Shown here piece by piece: positions 13,726-27,299 of a DNA stretch of 64,000 nucleotides. The stretch is from positions 28,830,001-28,894,000 of the forward strand of contig NC_042997.1 of NCBI RefSeq assembly GCF_006345805.1, given 5' to 3'. This DNA comes from Octopus sinensis. Taxonomy: Eukaryota. Made by a program: the position numbers and the translations under genes. The notes under the pieces are model-generated. The model was not told where the DNA came from. It did not search any database and saw only the letters and a program-made list of their open reading frames with translations. Position 1 is the first letter of the stretch. Every line of letters begins with the position of its first letter.

Positions 13726-16700
13726 ATGTATGAGTGTATGTATTTAGGCGTGAGATATTTCGTGGTACTTAGACTAGAAGTGACGACGATGTTGTTAAAC
13801 CTCCAAAGTATGATTCAAATGATGCCTGGCCATATGAAAGATTAACCATAATTATCTCGTTACTTCTTCATTAAACAATATTTATAGCGAAAACATTCCC
13901 TTCTATTTATAGACATGAATATATCATAATATCTTTCAAATAGAACAAACGATGGAAGAAATATGAACGCGAAAGAAAACTTTCCGTATCTGAAAATTTA
14001 ACGAATCTGTCACGAATAATTGGGATACGCAGGTTCCGTCCCAACTCAACACAGGCAATAATAACACAATATGAAATAACTCACATATGACATTCACAAA
14101 CTACTTTAGCTAACCTAGAAAACAACACAGATATAGAGAATATTCTACGTGCATTAGGAGTATATATTTGCTCCTAGGAAAGCATGCAAGAAAATAATGG
14201 GGTGAAAGAATAATAATGATCATTACACTGTTAAACTTTTGCCAAAACATCAGTTGGTATAGTTTAGCGAAAGCTGATCAAATTGACTTCTTCGGCACTT
14301 CATTCCTTGAGGATCTGTGAGAATTTACGATGCTTGGAATAGTTCCAAGCAACTGGCTTCTTTCCCACATATAGTGCTAATAATATAGATCTCTACATTT
14401 GAAGCTGCGACTTACTTACAATGTAAAGCATAAATACTTCATAATCAGTTAAACATGGCATATGAATTGTTATAAACATAGATATTATTGGCTTGTTGTA
14501 GAACTGAGACTTCCTGTAAAATGTTTCAAATACTTCAATGACATAATTTAAGATATGCATATAACTCACTAATATATGGGGAATTTGAAAATATCGAATA
14601 TACTAACTGTGATCTCTGATTCGTAACGATCCAGCATTATAATGATTCACATATATCAAAACTTCCCAACTAATGAAATTTAAGAGCTCATTTTTATTGT
14701 TCTCAAAAGTGTGATAATGAAAGCGGAAACTTCCACTTCAATTGTCATAACAATGAATACTGAGGAAGAAGAACTGAGCAAACTTTAATTCTTTTCATAT
14801 TGATGACAAGTGCTTTTACCTCCTTCGGTATTTGTGTACATACCGGATAAATTAATAGATGAGAAACAAGGTGGAACACGAAAGGAAATAGAGATATGTA
14901 AAAATCGTATATGTTGTAATATAAAACTTTTCAAATATTCTGAGCTGTAAATATTATGATAGAATACTCGACTTAAAATAAAAATAAAATCTGAAGAGCT
15001 TTTTGTCCATTTTCCTCTTTCAAAGTATATCGATATATTCCAGAATTTGTAACAAACAAATTCATATAAAGTGTAGTTTCTGATACGTAAAAAAATAAAA
15101 CTGAAATAAATACTTGTTGTTCAATGTTCAAATTCATTTCGTAATAGTTCTACCTGATCATGTATGATGTAAAGCAACAGCAGAATTTAAAAAAAAAAAA
15201 TCTGGAAGATTACTTAGCTTTGTCTATACTTTGTATAATATGGAGCAAAATACTTCATATATCATCTATCATTTTCGCTCTCACGTGTTAACACTAAAGC
15301 ATCAAGTTAATTGCAGTTTCTTTCGACACAAACAGAAGGTGCACTGATACATTTTAGTCTAAGTATCAATACCTAAATGAACCAGAAAACTGAATTAAAA
15401 CACGTTGTTATGTTCGTAATTATTTAACATGGTATAGTTGTTGTACTTCTTAAAAGGCATTGTAATATATTTAACACGCTCCTACTACAAATAATAAAAT
15501 AAAGAAAATCGAGCGGTGATATACTACTTTGAAAAACAAAGAAATGTACTGGCCATTAAATTTCTGCGTGTGTAGACGTGCAGCAAGAATAGCTTAATTC
15601 TACTAAAATCTTTGCAGTAAGAAAATACCAAATTCGACTCTAATATCTAGACACACACTGAAGTATGCTAAGAGCAGGCCTGCTCTTTGCGATATCTGTT
15701 TATTGGTAGCAGTTCTGAAATCACTCGTTTACATAAATTTCACTCCTGAATAGAGAAAGACATCGTAACATTTTGCAATCAAAGCCTACAAGAAGAAAAT
15801 CATAAGAAAAATTCGTATTTATCATTATTTTTACCCCAACTCAAAGCCAGTTCAACAGAAACTATGACCGGAAGAAATTCAAGCGAGTGCTACGTATTAT
15901 GATTTCATTTGACTGAATTTAGTAAATGTTTTCTAAAAACATCCAAATCTTATCAAATGCATTTGCTTTCCAGCCCTATTTGATCAAAAGAAATTAGATG
16001 TCCTGAATTTGTTGAACAAACTTTCGGAACTGAAAGCGAATGTTCAACGTTGATATTCGACAGAGAAATATTCAACTTTAAGAGAACAGCATCAAAATCA
16101 GAATATCTTATATACAAGTGAACAGTAGACTCTGCTCAAACTAAATTATAAAATATATCAACAACCTAAAACTGTGGCGGTTTTGATAAAGGTAATAGTG
16201 CTTTAACTAAGATAACTTCGTTTATAAATACATGATGAAAATTTAGATAAGACAGTGTAATTTATTTATAGTAGAAACTAATTAGAAAGTGGAAAGAAAA
16301 ACTTTTAATTTCTACAATGTTGTACTATCTGTAAACTTTCATGAATAAACAAACACGACAATTTTCAAACCCGTTTTAGTTTTTAATTAGCAGTAAATAT
16401 ATTAACTGAGCTAAAGAGAGCTGAAGAAAATGGATGAAAGTAGATGCAAGCCATCGTTTGGAAATCACAGTTATTAAGAAGCACCTCAATTCTCAAATAT
16501 AGCTGAAATAGCAGCTTGATATTCCGAATTCTCGAATGATCCATTAACAACATATTTCTCTGAGATCATTTCGTAATTTAATTGAAACCCAGCAACTTAT
16601 TTCATGATTGCATCATTCGGTTATACAGTGTTCTGTATCGGGTTTGGAAAGGCAGTTGAGTTCATGTACATTTAACGTATCTTCAATAATTATTTGTCTC

Positions 16701-17116
16701 TGTATTCCTGAACTTAATGGGTTTATATAAAATGCATTATCAATGCAATTGCAATCGGCCATTAAGTCTTATTCTTTTCTTTTTAAAACAGTGCATCAAA
16801 AACTATATAAAATTTGCCACATATGAAGACGGAGAGTGTGATTTCGGAAAGAATTGTTTAAAATATCTATCAGGAGAATCAATTGCAAAAAAAACTCTGT
16901 GTCCAAATGAGTGTTCATATTCATCGCAGATTTGTTGTGCAACCTTGGAATTGTTCAATACGCAATGATACGTAAGGTGTTATTTTTCTTTCAAATTACT
17001 AGGTACAACGCCAGAAGTTCATTGAATGTTTTGGCTTGTCAAGACATCAATTATCCTTTCAATTATTCTCAGTATTTTCGTTGTTCGATACTCATATTTT
17101 CTTCAAATTAACAGCT

Positions 17117-18028
17117 TACCGGATTTCTGGCTCTGTATAAGAAATGCTCTGCCTTCATTATTGGAATACAGTCAGATAGCACATAAATACAAATATATAT
17201 TTATAACATACGAATACTTACATATACGAACGTATACATACATATATATGAACCTATTGCCCGCCTAAAACTCCCCCTGCGAGCATTTCTTATACAGAGC
17301 CAGATAACCGGGATCTTGAATTATCCACTAATATATTTTTTATAATTTATTTTGTCTGTCAGTCTTCTCTTCTGCAGGTGCATGAACATTTAATGTGGTT
17401 TTAGAGTCAAATTTGGGCTGCTATTTCCAGTGTGTTGGTATCTCTTAGATACCCTAAATTATAATTTTAATCATAATAAATACCTTTGAAGTTTTTTATT
17501 CCCATGCTGGCCAATTCATAAGATCGATATTTAAATTAACGATCTTATCCTTATTTATATAAATTTATATATTTATTTCGTCATTATATTCACTGCAGTG
17601 GTATTTTGACCACATCACACAAGTTTTAAGCAGGCAATTTAATCTAGTCGTGTGCAAGCGTGCATATATATGCATGTATACGTTCGTATATGTAAGTATT
17701 AGTATGCTATAAATATATATTTGTATTTATGTGCTTTCCGAGCACGTAATGATGAAGACAGAGCATGTCTTATACAGAGCCTGAAATCCGGGATCCAGAA
17801 TCACCCAGTAATTTTTTGCTAGTTTATTTTGTCTCTATGTCTTTTCTCCATGTGCTGTATGAACATTTAATGTGGTTTTAGAGTCACATTTTGGCTGCTA
17901 TTTCCAACGTGGTGGTATCTCTTAGATATCTTAAATTATAATTTTAATAATAATAATTACCTTTGAAGTTTTTTATTCCCATGCTGGCCACCTGATAAGA
18001 TCGTTATTTAAATAACGATCTTATCATT
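17117..18028. repeat. About 260-bp direct repeat (17301-17560 / 17761-18028) plus an inverted 33-bp copy of its start (17117-17149); possible pLTR-like remnant
   Basis: gagcatttcttatacagagcc...taacgatcttatc occurs twice; ggctctgtataagaaatgctc is its reverse complement. Confidence 0.8.
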
Positions 18029-18050
18029 ATATATATATATATATATATAT

Positions 18051-19340
18051 CCGAAGAAAGTTAGAGTTTGTGAATCCAACCAACTAAAGGATACTGCTGG
18101 TAAAATACCCAATTATTAATACACAAATGTCTTTTTTTATTGCATTGCAATTAGATTACCGATCTAATAAATGGTAATAAATGGGTGAGAGTAAAGAGTT
18201 GTTTTACCAATAATTTATAGAGCAATAAGAAAATAGAGGGGATCAATAGGGGGTATACATCAACTTTTAGACTTTATATTATGTCAATTTATTTATTTAT
18301 TTGTGAGGGCGCGTGGCTTAGTGGTTAGGGCATTCGACTCATGATCGTAAGGTTGTGAGTTCATTCCCGGCGACGCGTTGTGTCCTTGAGCAAGACACTT
18401 TATTTCACGTTGCTCCAGTCCACTCAGCTGGCAAAAATGAGTTGTACTTGTATTTCAAAGGGTCAGCCTTGTCACTCTCTGTGTCACGCTGATTATCCCC
18501 GAGAACTACGTTAAGGGTACACGTGTCTGTGGAATGCTCAGCCATTTGCACGTTAATTTCACGAGCAAGCTGTTCCGTTGATCGTATCAGCTGGGACCCT
18601 CGTCGTCGTAAACGGCGGAGTCTTTAAGTCTTTAATTTATTTATTTACTAAAGTGACAATTATAACAATATACATACATGTATAACATAATATCCATTGT
18701 TTGGAGGTTTCTCTAACTCTGGGCCTTGAGTCATTTTGTCACTTTCTTCGTTGATCTCTTCATTCATGGATTTTAGCTTATCTTTATTTGCCTCAGCCCT
18801 AAATTTTAGAAGTTCTAATTTCCTTTTCATTTTTTCCCGTGCCATTCTTTCCTTCAGGGGTTTTGTGTCAGGTTTATCTATAATGGCGTTGATCTGGAGT
18901 TTGCGTGGTAGAATTCACAGTGTCAAATTAAGCCATTTTTCGTATACATAGGTTATTATTATTGATTTTGATCATCTTCCAAAAGGCGAACTTTCTGTCT
19001 CTGTGTGATTTGTTCCATTGAGCTACTATGTGCTTTTTTTAATTGGTATGTTGTTAGTGTGTCAATCTCATACCTTGTTGTACTTTCCTTATGCATATCA
19101 ACTCGTGTGTTATTTTTCAACCTTCTACACATATATGTACATCAAATACAAAATATGTATATATGTATATATGATTTCATCTTTGAACTTCTCTGCATAA
19201 GAATTTGGAATATAAGATCTTCTCTACCTTGATGATGAAGGCTTAACTCACCCCAAGTTAAATGAGACCATATGGCCGCATTTTGGGATGGCCTAAATCA
19301 GCCGACATTATTATGGATAAACAGCAGTTGAACTTATAAT
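18051..19340 (-). mobile_element. Unclassified retroelement fragment (possibly Penelope-like) starting in (TA)n, interrupted by a SINE
   Basis: Sharp start after (TA)n; K/E-rich coding relic on the minus strand (MAREKMKRKLELLKFRAE); family assignment is weak. Confidence 0.35.
18300..18633 (+). mobile_element. Full-length tRNA-derived CORE-like SINE family B with 14-bp TSD
   Basis: A box tggcttagtgg, B box-like gagttcattcc, CORE-like gtgtccttgagcaagacact; TSD aatttatttattta at 18286-18299 and 18634-18647. Confidence 0.9.
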
Positions 19341-22300
19341 AAATTTCCACCCTTTAGATTTTCTCTGTCATTTGTATTCTTTGTAAGCTGGACCTATTAA
19401 TATAAATGTCTGTATATCTCTCTATATAAATTTATCACCTGAAGGCTTTCACTTTTTGATTTCTCTTGTTTTGCATGTATACATATACACACATTCACAC
19501 GCACACACACACACAAACACATATTGTATTTAATATTCACATACGCAGATCTGTGTTCATATACTTGTGTCTATAAGCGTGTGAATGCACGTATTAACAT
19601 AACTAGACTTCAGCTGTTTCATTCTGAGAGAATGATTTCAAAATTCGATTTTTGTTGTAAGGTCCGAATTTCATTATATAGATTGTGAGAAATATACGTG
19701 CTATCACAAAAATCGAACGTCTTTTCTCTTTTCAGATCACATATATATACTACTTGTCAGTCGCCACTTTACAGAGAAACATTTAGAATGAATTATGTTG
19801 CACAAGTACACCGAAAACATCTGCTGATATAAAATCTTCGACTGGTTTCACGCAACATCCTATTTTACTCGCCATGTGGCCTACGATTGGCATAGATTAG
19901 TGTAATTTCCAGCATGCTGTGAAAGAGACAGGTTTCTATTCTCATCTAAGTCATTTTTATGTTTGTATGATTTCTTATGCTCCTAAAAAATATCACGACC
20001 TGTTATGTTCCGAATGAAAGCAATTTTTTTTTGTCGAATAAGAAAATAACTTCTGCATTCAATGCAAAATTTTCCTCTGTGCTTCTTGGCCAGACATCTA
20101 TCGATTAGTATTTTTATCTTCTTTCATATCACTCTTGAGTGAATTTTTTTGGTATTGTCTCTCGATGGCTAAAACGTATGTATCACTGATATATGGGATG
20201 AAATCAATTGGCGTTTCTCGCAAGATTTTCTATATTTATTTTATTTTGTAAATGTTGTGTTGGAATCTATATGGAAAGATTTTCGTTGTTATCGCTAAAC
20301 TTGGCCATATGAGGCATAGGTCATAATAAAAGGCTTTCACCGAAAGCAATAGCAAATATATGCATACTGTTTTAATAAATATGTGGCTCAAATTTCAGGT
20401 GATGAAACAATACTTCCCCCTCTATATACATGTATTAATGCTCGAAATGAAGAGTAGATAGACAACTAATGAAGGGCTTTTGTTTATGTTACTGTCCTGT
20501 TTTCCATAAGGGATCAATTTGCAACTTATTTTATAAGGTCTCTGTTATGAAATTGTTCACTGTGATGACAATTCGTTATGTAACCAAACACCTGGAAGCA
20601 TTATAATTGACTGTAATGCGGATTGCTGGGACACCGGTCTGCCCAATTTGCAGTTTGCATTATTTTTAAAACAGATGTATAAGGTAACGAATTACCATGC
20701 TGGATGTGGGTAATTTTCAGATCCTTATACGGTTTCTCCCGCCTGGTGGAACTTAAACATTATTTTGATGACTGAATGTATGACACGCCATAAAGGGCTT
20801 TGTCGTGTTTTGGGAAAATCAAGAAGAATGAAACATCTGCCATCTTCCAAAAGAGCGAGTGTACTATGATATTTAAGAGCCGACTGCTGGCTCTTAAACA
20901 TCATAGGGTTTGGAGATGAAGAGAAAAAACCTTTCAATTAAATGAGACTTCGTTTCCGGATCATAAATATACGGTGACCTTTCATTTCTTGTCATTAGTT
21001 TGGAAAAGTAAACTTAATTTCACTGGGTGCAAACGTTTTCTGCACATCTGTCCAAACACCTGCAGTTCTCTCCCTCATATTCTGTTATATGTGTGGATAC
21101 ATTTATTTTACACACATTGTCCGTTACCAAAATCATATATAATACATAGTGACCAGATGCTGGCAGTGCAACAATGAAATATGACTCGTCTGCCCGTGCG
21201 TATCACTTCGTTCCTTCACTAGTGATTTGTGTCAGAGATCACAGTTCATAGTCTCCCTCTTTGTCATTTGTTTTCACTGTTGGTTTTCCTTTCTTTAAAG
21301 CTCTTCTGGTACCTGTGCACACTGTTTTACGCATGACGTCATCCCTGTAATCAAACTGTAGACATCAGCAAAAGTCGAATGACGTGAAACCCCAGTTTGT
21401 CTAAATGTAATTGACAGCGAATTTCTTCAATTCGTACGCCATTATTTGCCAGAAATGAGGAAGAACAGGAAAAGGTAGGGGTGAGGCCGCTAGAAGGACT
21501 AAGAGGTCAATAGGAAAACGTGACGGAAATACAGTTTCTTGTAGGAAAATTTGATGAGCAAGAACTGATACGAGACGAGTCGTTAAATAGTAGAATTAAA
21601 GTATAGCAGAGACCCAGGTGTACGAACAACAGAAATCTGAAGCGCGGAAGGAAATTTAATCAGTAACTTCAACCCAACTACAAAGACTATTCTTTCAGCG
21701 CACACGTTATGGTCAACTCTTGGCCACGCAATCTACTAGATGTAGCAACCAGATTTTCAGTAAAATATTACATCCTAGTACATGCAAATGAAAGAAATCA
21801 TTTCTCAATTTTACATTTTAAAAAACCCACCAAAACAGATGGACATACGAATGTAAAAGACCTATCCTGTTGTTTTCGTGAACATTGCAGAATGTCTGCG
21901 AATGAAGACAAACATATACAAGGATTTTAAAGAACAATCTATGACCCAGAGCTTTATGTCTGGGTGCATGCATATATATGTGCGCGCACAAGAAGACATG
22001 CACACACACACAGACACACACGCACAAAAGCAAATGCACACACATACACAACACAAACCCCCTGAACCCCGTACAAATCAGATTTATGAAGTGTCGGAAA
22101 ATCTATCACAAATCCGTTGTTCTTATTCTTCCCATAATTATGACAGTAGTTGTTGAACAGGTTATCCTTTTGGTTCAACAAAGGAATTTACCATGAAAAT
22201 TCTGCAATATATTATAATCCACACGAACAGTCAACTAAAAATAAATTTTGTATTGAGTGTGTGTATTCTTATAGCTATTATTTTGATTAGTTGACATACT

Positions 22301-22762
22301 GCTATTTTTATGTTTGCAACAAAGACATGAATGAACTATTTTAGTTTCAAGCATACATATATATTATTTAGTTTATAATAGCATTTTCCCAATACGCTGC
22401 TGCAACAATTCCATTGTTCTGGAGAAGTGGGTTGATTCGAATTAAATATATTTCACTTTTAGGTATTCGTTTTCTTTTAACATGCATATAATGTTTTCGG
22501 TGTGGCACTTTACGCTGAAATATGGTGTATAAAAAATTAGAATTTCTCTGATCACTAAGATACTGACATTTTTCAAGAGAGTACATCCGTATACTTATTC
22601 AGCCTGCTACCTCACCTGGTAGCATCAATATGAGACTACTGTAGATCATTGGTAAATTATACTAAACCGTGACCGAACAATTATAAACACAAAATGTAAT
22701 TGATGTGAAGCAGTCAATCTCGCTGAATATCTACATGGAAATTTATAACATTCATATACATA

Positions 22763-23165
22763 TAGGCGCAGGAGTGGCTGTGTGGTAAGTAGCTTGCTAA
22801 CAAACCACATGGCTCCGGGTTCAGTCCCACTGCGTGGCATCTTGGCCAAATGTCTTCTACTATAGCCCCGGGCTGACCAATGCCTTGTGAGTGGATTCGG
22901 TAGACGGAAACTGAAAGGGGCCTGTCGTATATATGTATATATTTGTATGTGTGTGTTTGTGTGTCTGTGTTTGTACCCCTAGCATTGCTTGACAACCGAT
23001 GCTGGTGTGTATACGTCGCCGTCAATTAGCGGCTCGGCAAAAGAGACCAATAGGATAAGTACTGGGCTTACAAAGAATAAGTCCTGGGGTCGATTTGCTC
23101 GACTAAAGGCGGTGATCCAGCATGACCGCAGTCAAATGACTGAAACAAGTAAAAGAGTAAAAAGA
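22763..23165 (+). mobile_element. Full-length tRNA-derived SINE family A
   Basis: A box tggctgtgtgg, B box ggttcagtcc, internal (TG) tract, tail (gtaaaaga)n. Confidence 0.9.
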
Positions 23166-23170
23166 GAGAG

Positions 23171-23278
23171 TATACATACATACGCAATACATACATACAC
23201 ACACACATACATACATACATTCATACATACATACATACATACATACATACATACATACATACATACATACATACACAC
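23171..23278. repeat. (TACA)n microsatellite
   Basis: Direct reading. Confidence 0.95.
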
Positions 23279-23742
23279 GACATATGAGTATGTTTATGCA
23301 TGTGTGTTTGTGTGTGCGTGCGCGTGTTTAATCGCCATGATTCCTACATCTTGTAGAATATTTGTATAGAGGCTTACGACATACACAATTAAGCATGAAC
23401 GAAATCGATTGTGTTGTTATTGCGAACATGGGAGAGGAGATCCTTCTCATTCTGAATGAAGCTTCGCACATTTACACCTGACGTCTCGTATACGAAACGG
23501 CCTAACAAAAATCACTGGTGGATATATTTCTATAGAATATCTGTAAAAATACCTCTAGCAAGTAAAGTTAACGCGCTCAGCTAACGCAGTAGAACGCGAT
23601 ATTCACTTATAAAAACGTTTAATATGCTTTAGAGTATATTATGGTTGCGTAACGAAATATCGTGTACTTATAGGCCATTTGTATTTGCATACCAGCTTTC
23701 AGGATTGCGTTTAATATGTGAAATTGCTATATCGAACTACTG

Positions 23743-23856
<114 letters not shown>

Positions 23857-24216
23857 TGGTTATTTACCCAATGTGTTCGAAGATGATTAAACGGTCCCAC
23901 GTTCGATTTCATTATTTGTTATATCCGAAATTTTGTATACGGAAAGTTGTAACAAAAGTTAGTGGCGACTATAATTTCTATGGAACATCTGTAGAAATAA
24001 ACTTTATCAAGTGATATATATATATATATATATATATAATAATAAATATTAGGGAATAAATCCAAATTTACAGGGAAAAAATCAGATTTAGGATTAAATC
24101 CAATTTTATAGTAAAATATTATAAAATATTATTAGAGACAAAACCACTATTTTGCAAAACAAACAAGGAAAGACTTAATCAATACATAAAATTTTAATAA
24201 ATAGTCAAAAAAACCG

Positions 24217-24259
24217 CCACTACAATCGTTTCTTGTCTTGATCGACAATCTTCAGGTGG
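24217..24259 (-). ncRNA. Minimal type-I hammerhead ribozyme (canonical core)
   Basis: Exact mirror of 24324-24366. Confidence 0.8.
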
Positions 24260-24323
24260 ACTTCCAATAATTCAGTGTCAAATTATGAAGTACTTCATAA
24301 TTTGACACTGAATTATTGGAAGT

Positions 24324-24366
24324 CCACCTGAAGATTGTCGATCAAGACAAGAAACGATTGTAGTGG
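24324..24366 (+). ncRNA. Minimal type-I hammerhead ribozyme (canonical core)
   Basis: CCAC-CUGAAGA-UUGUC(GAUCAA)GACAA-GAAA-C(GAUU)G-UA^GUGG; predicted cleavage after 24362. Confidence 0.8.
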
Positions 24367-24453
24367 CGGTTTTTTTGACTATTTATTAAAATTTTATGTA
24401 TTGATTAAGTCTTTCCTTGTTTGTTTTGCAACATAGTGGTTTTGTCTCTAATA

Positions 24454-24492
<39 letters not shown>

Positions 24493-24894
24493 TATATATT
24501 TATATTTATATATATACACACATACATACATGTGTGTCTTTATATACGACATATGTACATACACACACACATATATACACATATACATGAACGTATATAT
24601 ATATATTGTTAATAGCAAATTTACTCCCAAGAATATTTTGTTATAGTTCTACATATATCCTTGAGGAAATTTAATACCACCTCCATAGGAAATAATAAAT
24701 AAATTAAACGCCTGAAAATCTGTTGCAACGCGATCAAACGGCGATAATATGAATGTTCTATAACAGGAGAATGCAGTGAATGTAATAAAACTTCCTAAAC
24801 GATCTCTTAATGACCATCTTGTGTTAGTAGGTAATCTAAATTTAAATTTCCGATAAAATTTCATATTAATTTGTTTTGTAAATACTAGCTTTAT

Positions 24895-25082
24895 CATTAT
24901 TTCAACTCTAGGCACAAGGTCTTGAAAATGTTTGACGAGACGGGCTAGTCGATTATATCGACTCCGAAAGGATGAAAGGCAAAGGCATATTCGTTGGAAT
25001 TTGAACTCAGAACCTAGCGGCAGAATAAATATTGCTAAGCGTCTCGTCCGGCGTGCTAAAGATTCTGCCAGCTCGCCGCCTT
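24895..25082 (-). mobile_element. SINE family C
   Basis: gtcgattatatcgactccgaaaggatgaaaggcaaag...ctgccagctcgccgcc. Confidence 0.85.
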
Positions 25083-25169
25083 AACACTAGCTTAACATTT
25101 ATTTTACTAAACTTTCTATTATTTTAAAATTAATTAAATCAAAGATTATGTCTTTCAATAGAAATATCA

Positions 25170-25565
25170 TTTTGTACACTAGGCGCAAGGGGTGCAATTT
25201 TTAGGGAGGTTGCCAGTGGATTAGATTGACCCCAATATGAAACTGGTTCTAAATTTATCGACCCTAACAGGATGAAAGGAAAAATCGACCTCGGTGGAAT
25301 TTGAACTCAAAAGGTAAAGACAGACGAGATACCTATTTCTTTACTACATACAAGTGGCTAAACACAGAGGGGACAAACAAGGACAGACAAACGGATTAAG
25401 TCGATTATATCTACTCCAGTGCGTAACTGGTACTTATTTAATCGACCCCAAAAGGATGAAAGGCAAAGTCGACCTTGGCGGAATTTGAACTCAGAACATA
25501 ACGGCAGACGAGATACCGCTAAGCATTTCGCCCGGCGTGCTAACATTTCTCCCAGCTCGCCGCCT
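25170..25565 (-). mobile_element. SINE family C, dimeric form
   Basis: Two ggatgaaagg...gaatttgaactca units joined by gatacctatttctttactac; head at 25545-25565. Confidence 0.85.
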
Positions 25566-26193
25566 TCTCTCAACTAACAAGCAGCGCCATAATTGTTAAA
25601 ATGGTGAGTGCTCTGTTACCTCGAGCGCCGAACTAATTTCTCTTGTCGGAGAATAGACTCCACCAATCATAAACGACATGCTCCATTCATATAAGTGCAA
25701 GTCAGTTGCGGCTTAGAAATTTGTATTAAATCTCTTGTTGAACTGATTGCACAATATAATATAACCTTTCTCACACAACCATAAATTTTGTTCTAATATA
25801 AACTAAAAGTAATTTAAATGTTTTATGGTTCTTTGCATTATCTAAGTCAATAGAAGTTACTCAGAATACTCTTGCCAATAACAATACATCTGCATCTAGA
25901 ACGGGCGGAAGGAATTAATAATTTAATGAACCATAATATACCATTTTCGTTTCCTTTCGGCTGTCGAGTTTTGGTGGATCATATGTGCTGTTATTCGTTT
26001 AGTGCATGTGAAGACATAAGGCCTTAAATCTCTTCATATTAACATGACAATTTCACTTTCCTGCAAAATAAGGCAGGTCAGACTACATACATTTTCAAGA
26101 AGAACGTTGTATTTTTATCGTAGCAAAACATAGAATTTATATCATTCTTCATTTCCTGAACCAATCAAACTTTAGAGAAATAGCAGAAAATAT

Positions 26194-26567
26194 TTTGTTT
26201 TTGGATTTTGTTTGCAAGATTCTTTATATGAGTTCGTGTGTTGAAGCATATTCTGTTGTGTCTGGGGAGAGTCATTCTCTTTTAGTGCCTTATTATTTAA
26301 CACACTCACCGGTAAAATTTCTACTTATTTCTTATTTTTATTTTCTAAAATTTTCGTTGCATCTTGCAACGTTTTCAATAGTCTTGACTCTGTTCGTTAT
26401 TTACACAGTGTAAATAACGGACAGAGTCAAGATTATTGAAAAGGTTGTATGTAAGACACAACGAAAATTTTAGAAAATAAAAATAAGAAATAAGTAGAAA
26501 TTTTACCGGTGAGTGTGTTAAATAATAAGGCACTAAAAGAGAATGACTCTCCCCAGACACAACAGAA
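26194..26567 (-). mobile_element. ORF-less fold-back element: 57-nt tail plus palindrome 26251-26567, with 10-bp TSD
   Basis: Arms 26251-26406 and 26408-26567 around centre base 26407; TSD cagaaaatat at 26184-26193 and 26568-26577. Confidence 0.85.
26345..26381 (-). ncRNA. Hammerhead-like motif, U3-A8 core variant (diverged mirror copy at 26433-26473, + strand)
   Basis: CUA-UUGAAAA-C-GUUGCA(AGA)UGCAAC-GAAA-AUU-U^UAG; palindromic stem III AAUU; stem I only 3 bp. Confidence 0.5.
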
Positions 26568-27299
26568 CAGAAAATATATTTTTTCGAAAACCTATGATTA
26601 CGTGTAATGTGTATCTGTAAGCAACATATTAAGTCATCTGTTTCTGTTCGTGGGAAGTTTATTGACACATAACTTACGTGATAAATACTATTTTGTGTTA
26701 ACGTTTATGTATCGCTTAACAGATTGAATTATTGTAAAACAAATTGATTTATAGGTTTTTCAATTTCTTCCTGATAAATACCAATATTCATTTCATATAA
26801 ATCATTATCAGGAGAACCATTTAAAACTTAGAAATGTTCTTTCGTAAATCACAGTATTTCGATATAGATTGCAATCTTGCACAGCGAATACTTGTTATTA
26901 GCAAATTTCCTTCGAGCTATGTTAGCAGCATATGAAACGGCATTCCAAATATTGGTATTTTTCGGGTGGGCTGAAGGTTCGAAAGAGAAAGATTAATAGC
27001 ACTTGTATATTAAGCAATAAAGCGTGTTTAGTGAGCTTTTTTTTAGAGAATTTATTGTTTAATATATAAAGAACGCGTGTATTGACTTAATAAAAATATC
27101 TTTCTATAGTTTTATGCGATATATTTTGGAAAAATACTTCATATTCGGAAGTAAATTCAGCAAAATATATTTTACAAACATTTTTTATACACTAAAACTA
27201 TTATTTCTTTGAGAAGGATCAATAAGCATAACTTTCACATGCATATTTCTTAACTTTATAAATATGTTATAACTTTCTCGTAATTGAAATTCATTTCTA

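Larger units (their letters stand above)
24039..24463 (-). mobile_element. ORF-less fold-back element (Penelope pLTR-like): about 80-nt tail plus 344-bp spacerless palindrome, inserted in (TA)n
   Basis: Arms 24120-24291 and 24292-24463 are reverse complements with one mismatch seen; centre gaagt|acttc; a hammerhead in each arm. Confidence 0.85.

Noticed and set aside
18304-18375. tRNA gene (similar heads at 22763, 56550-56623 and 63822)
   Set aside because: A and B boxes are present but there is no complete cloverleaf, and each continues into a SINE body; this copy has a TSD.
19270-19310. Minus-strand CUGAUUUA...AAAA hammerhead-like relic
   Set aside because: Both core halves are mutated and there is no supporting stem.
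20500-21480. Coding-like stretch on the minus strand
   Set aside because: Multiple stops and no motif I could assign; not supportable as a feature.
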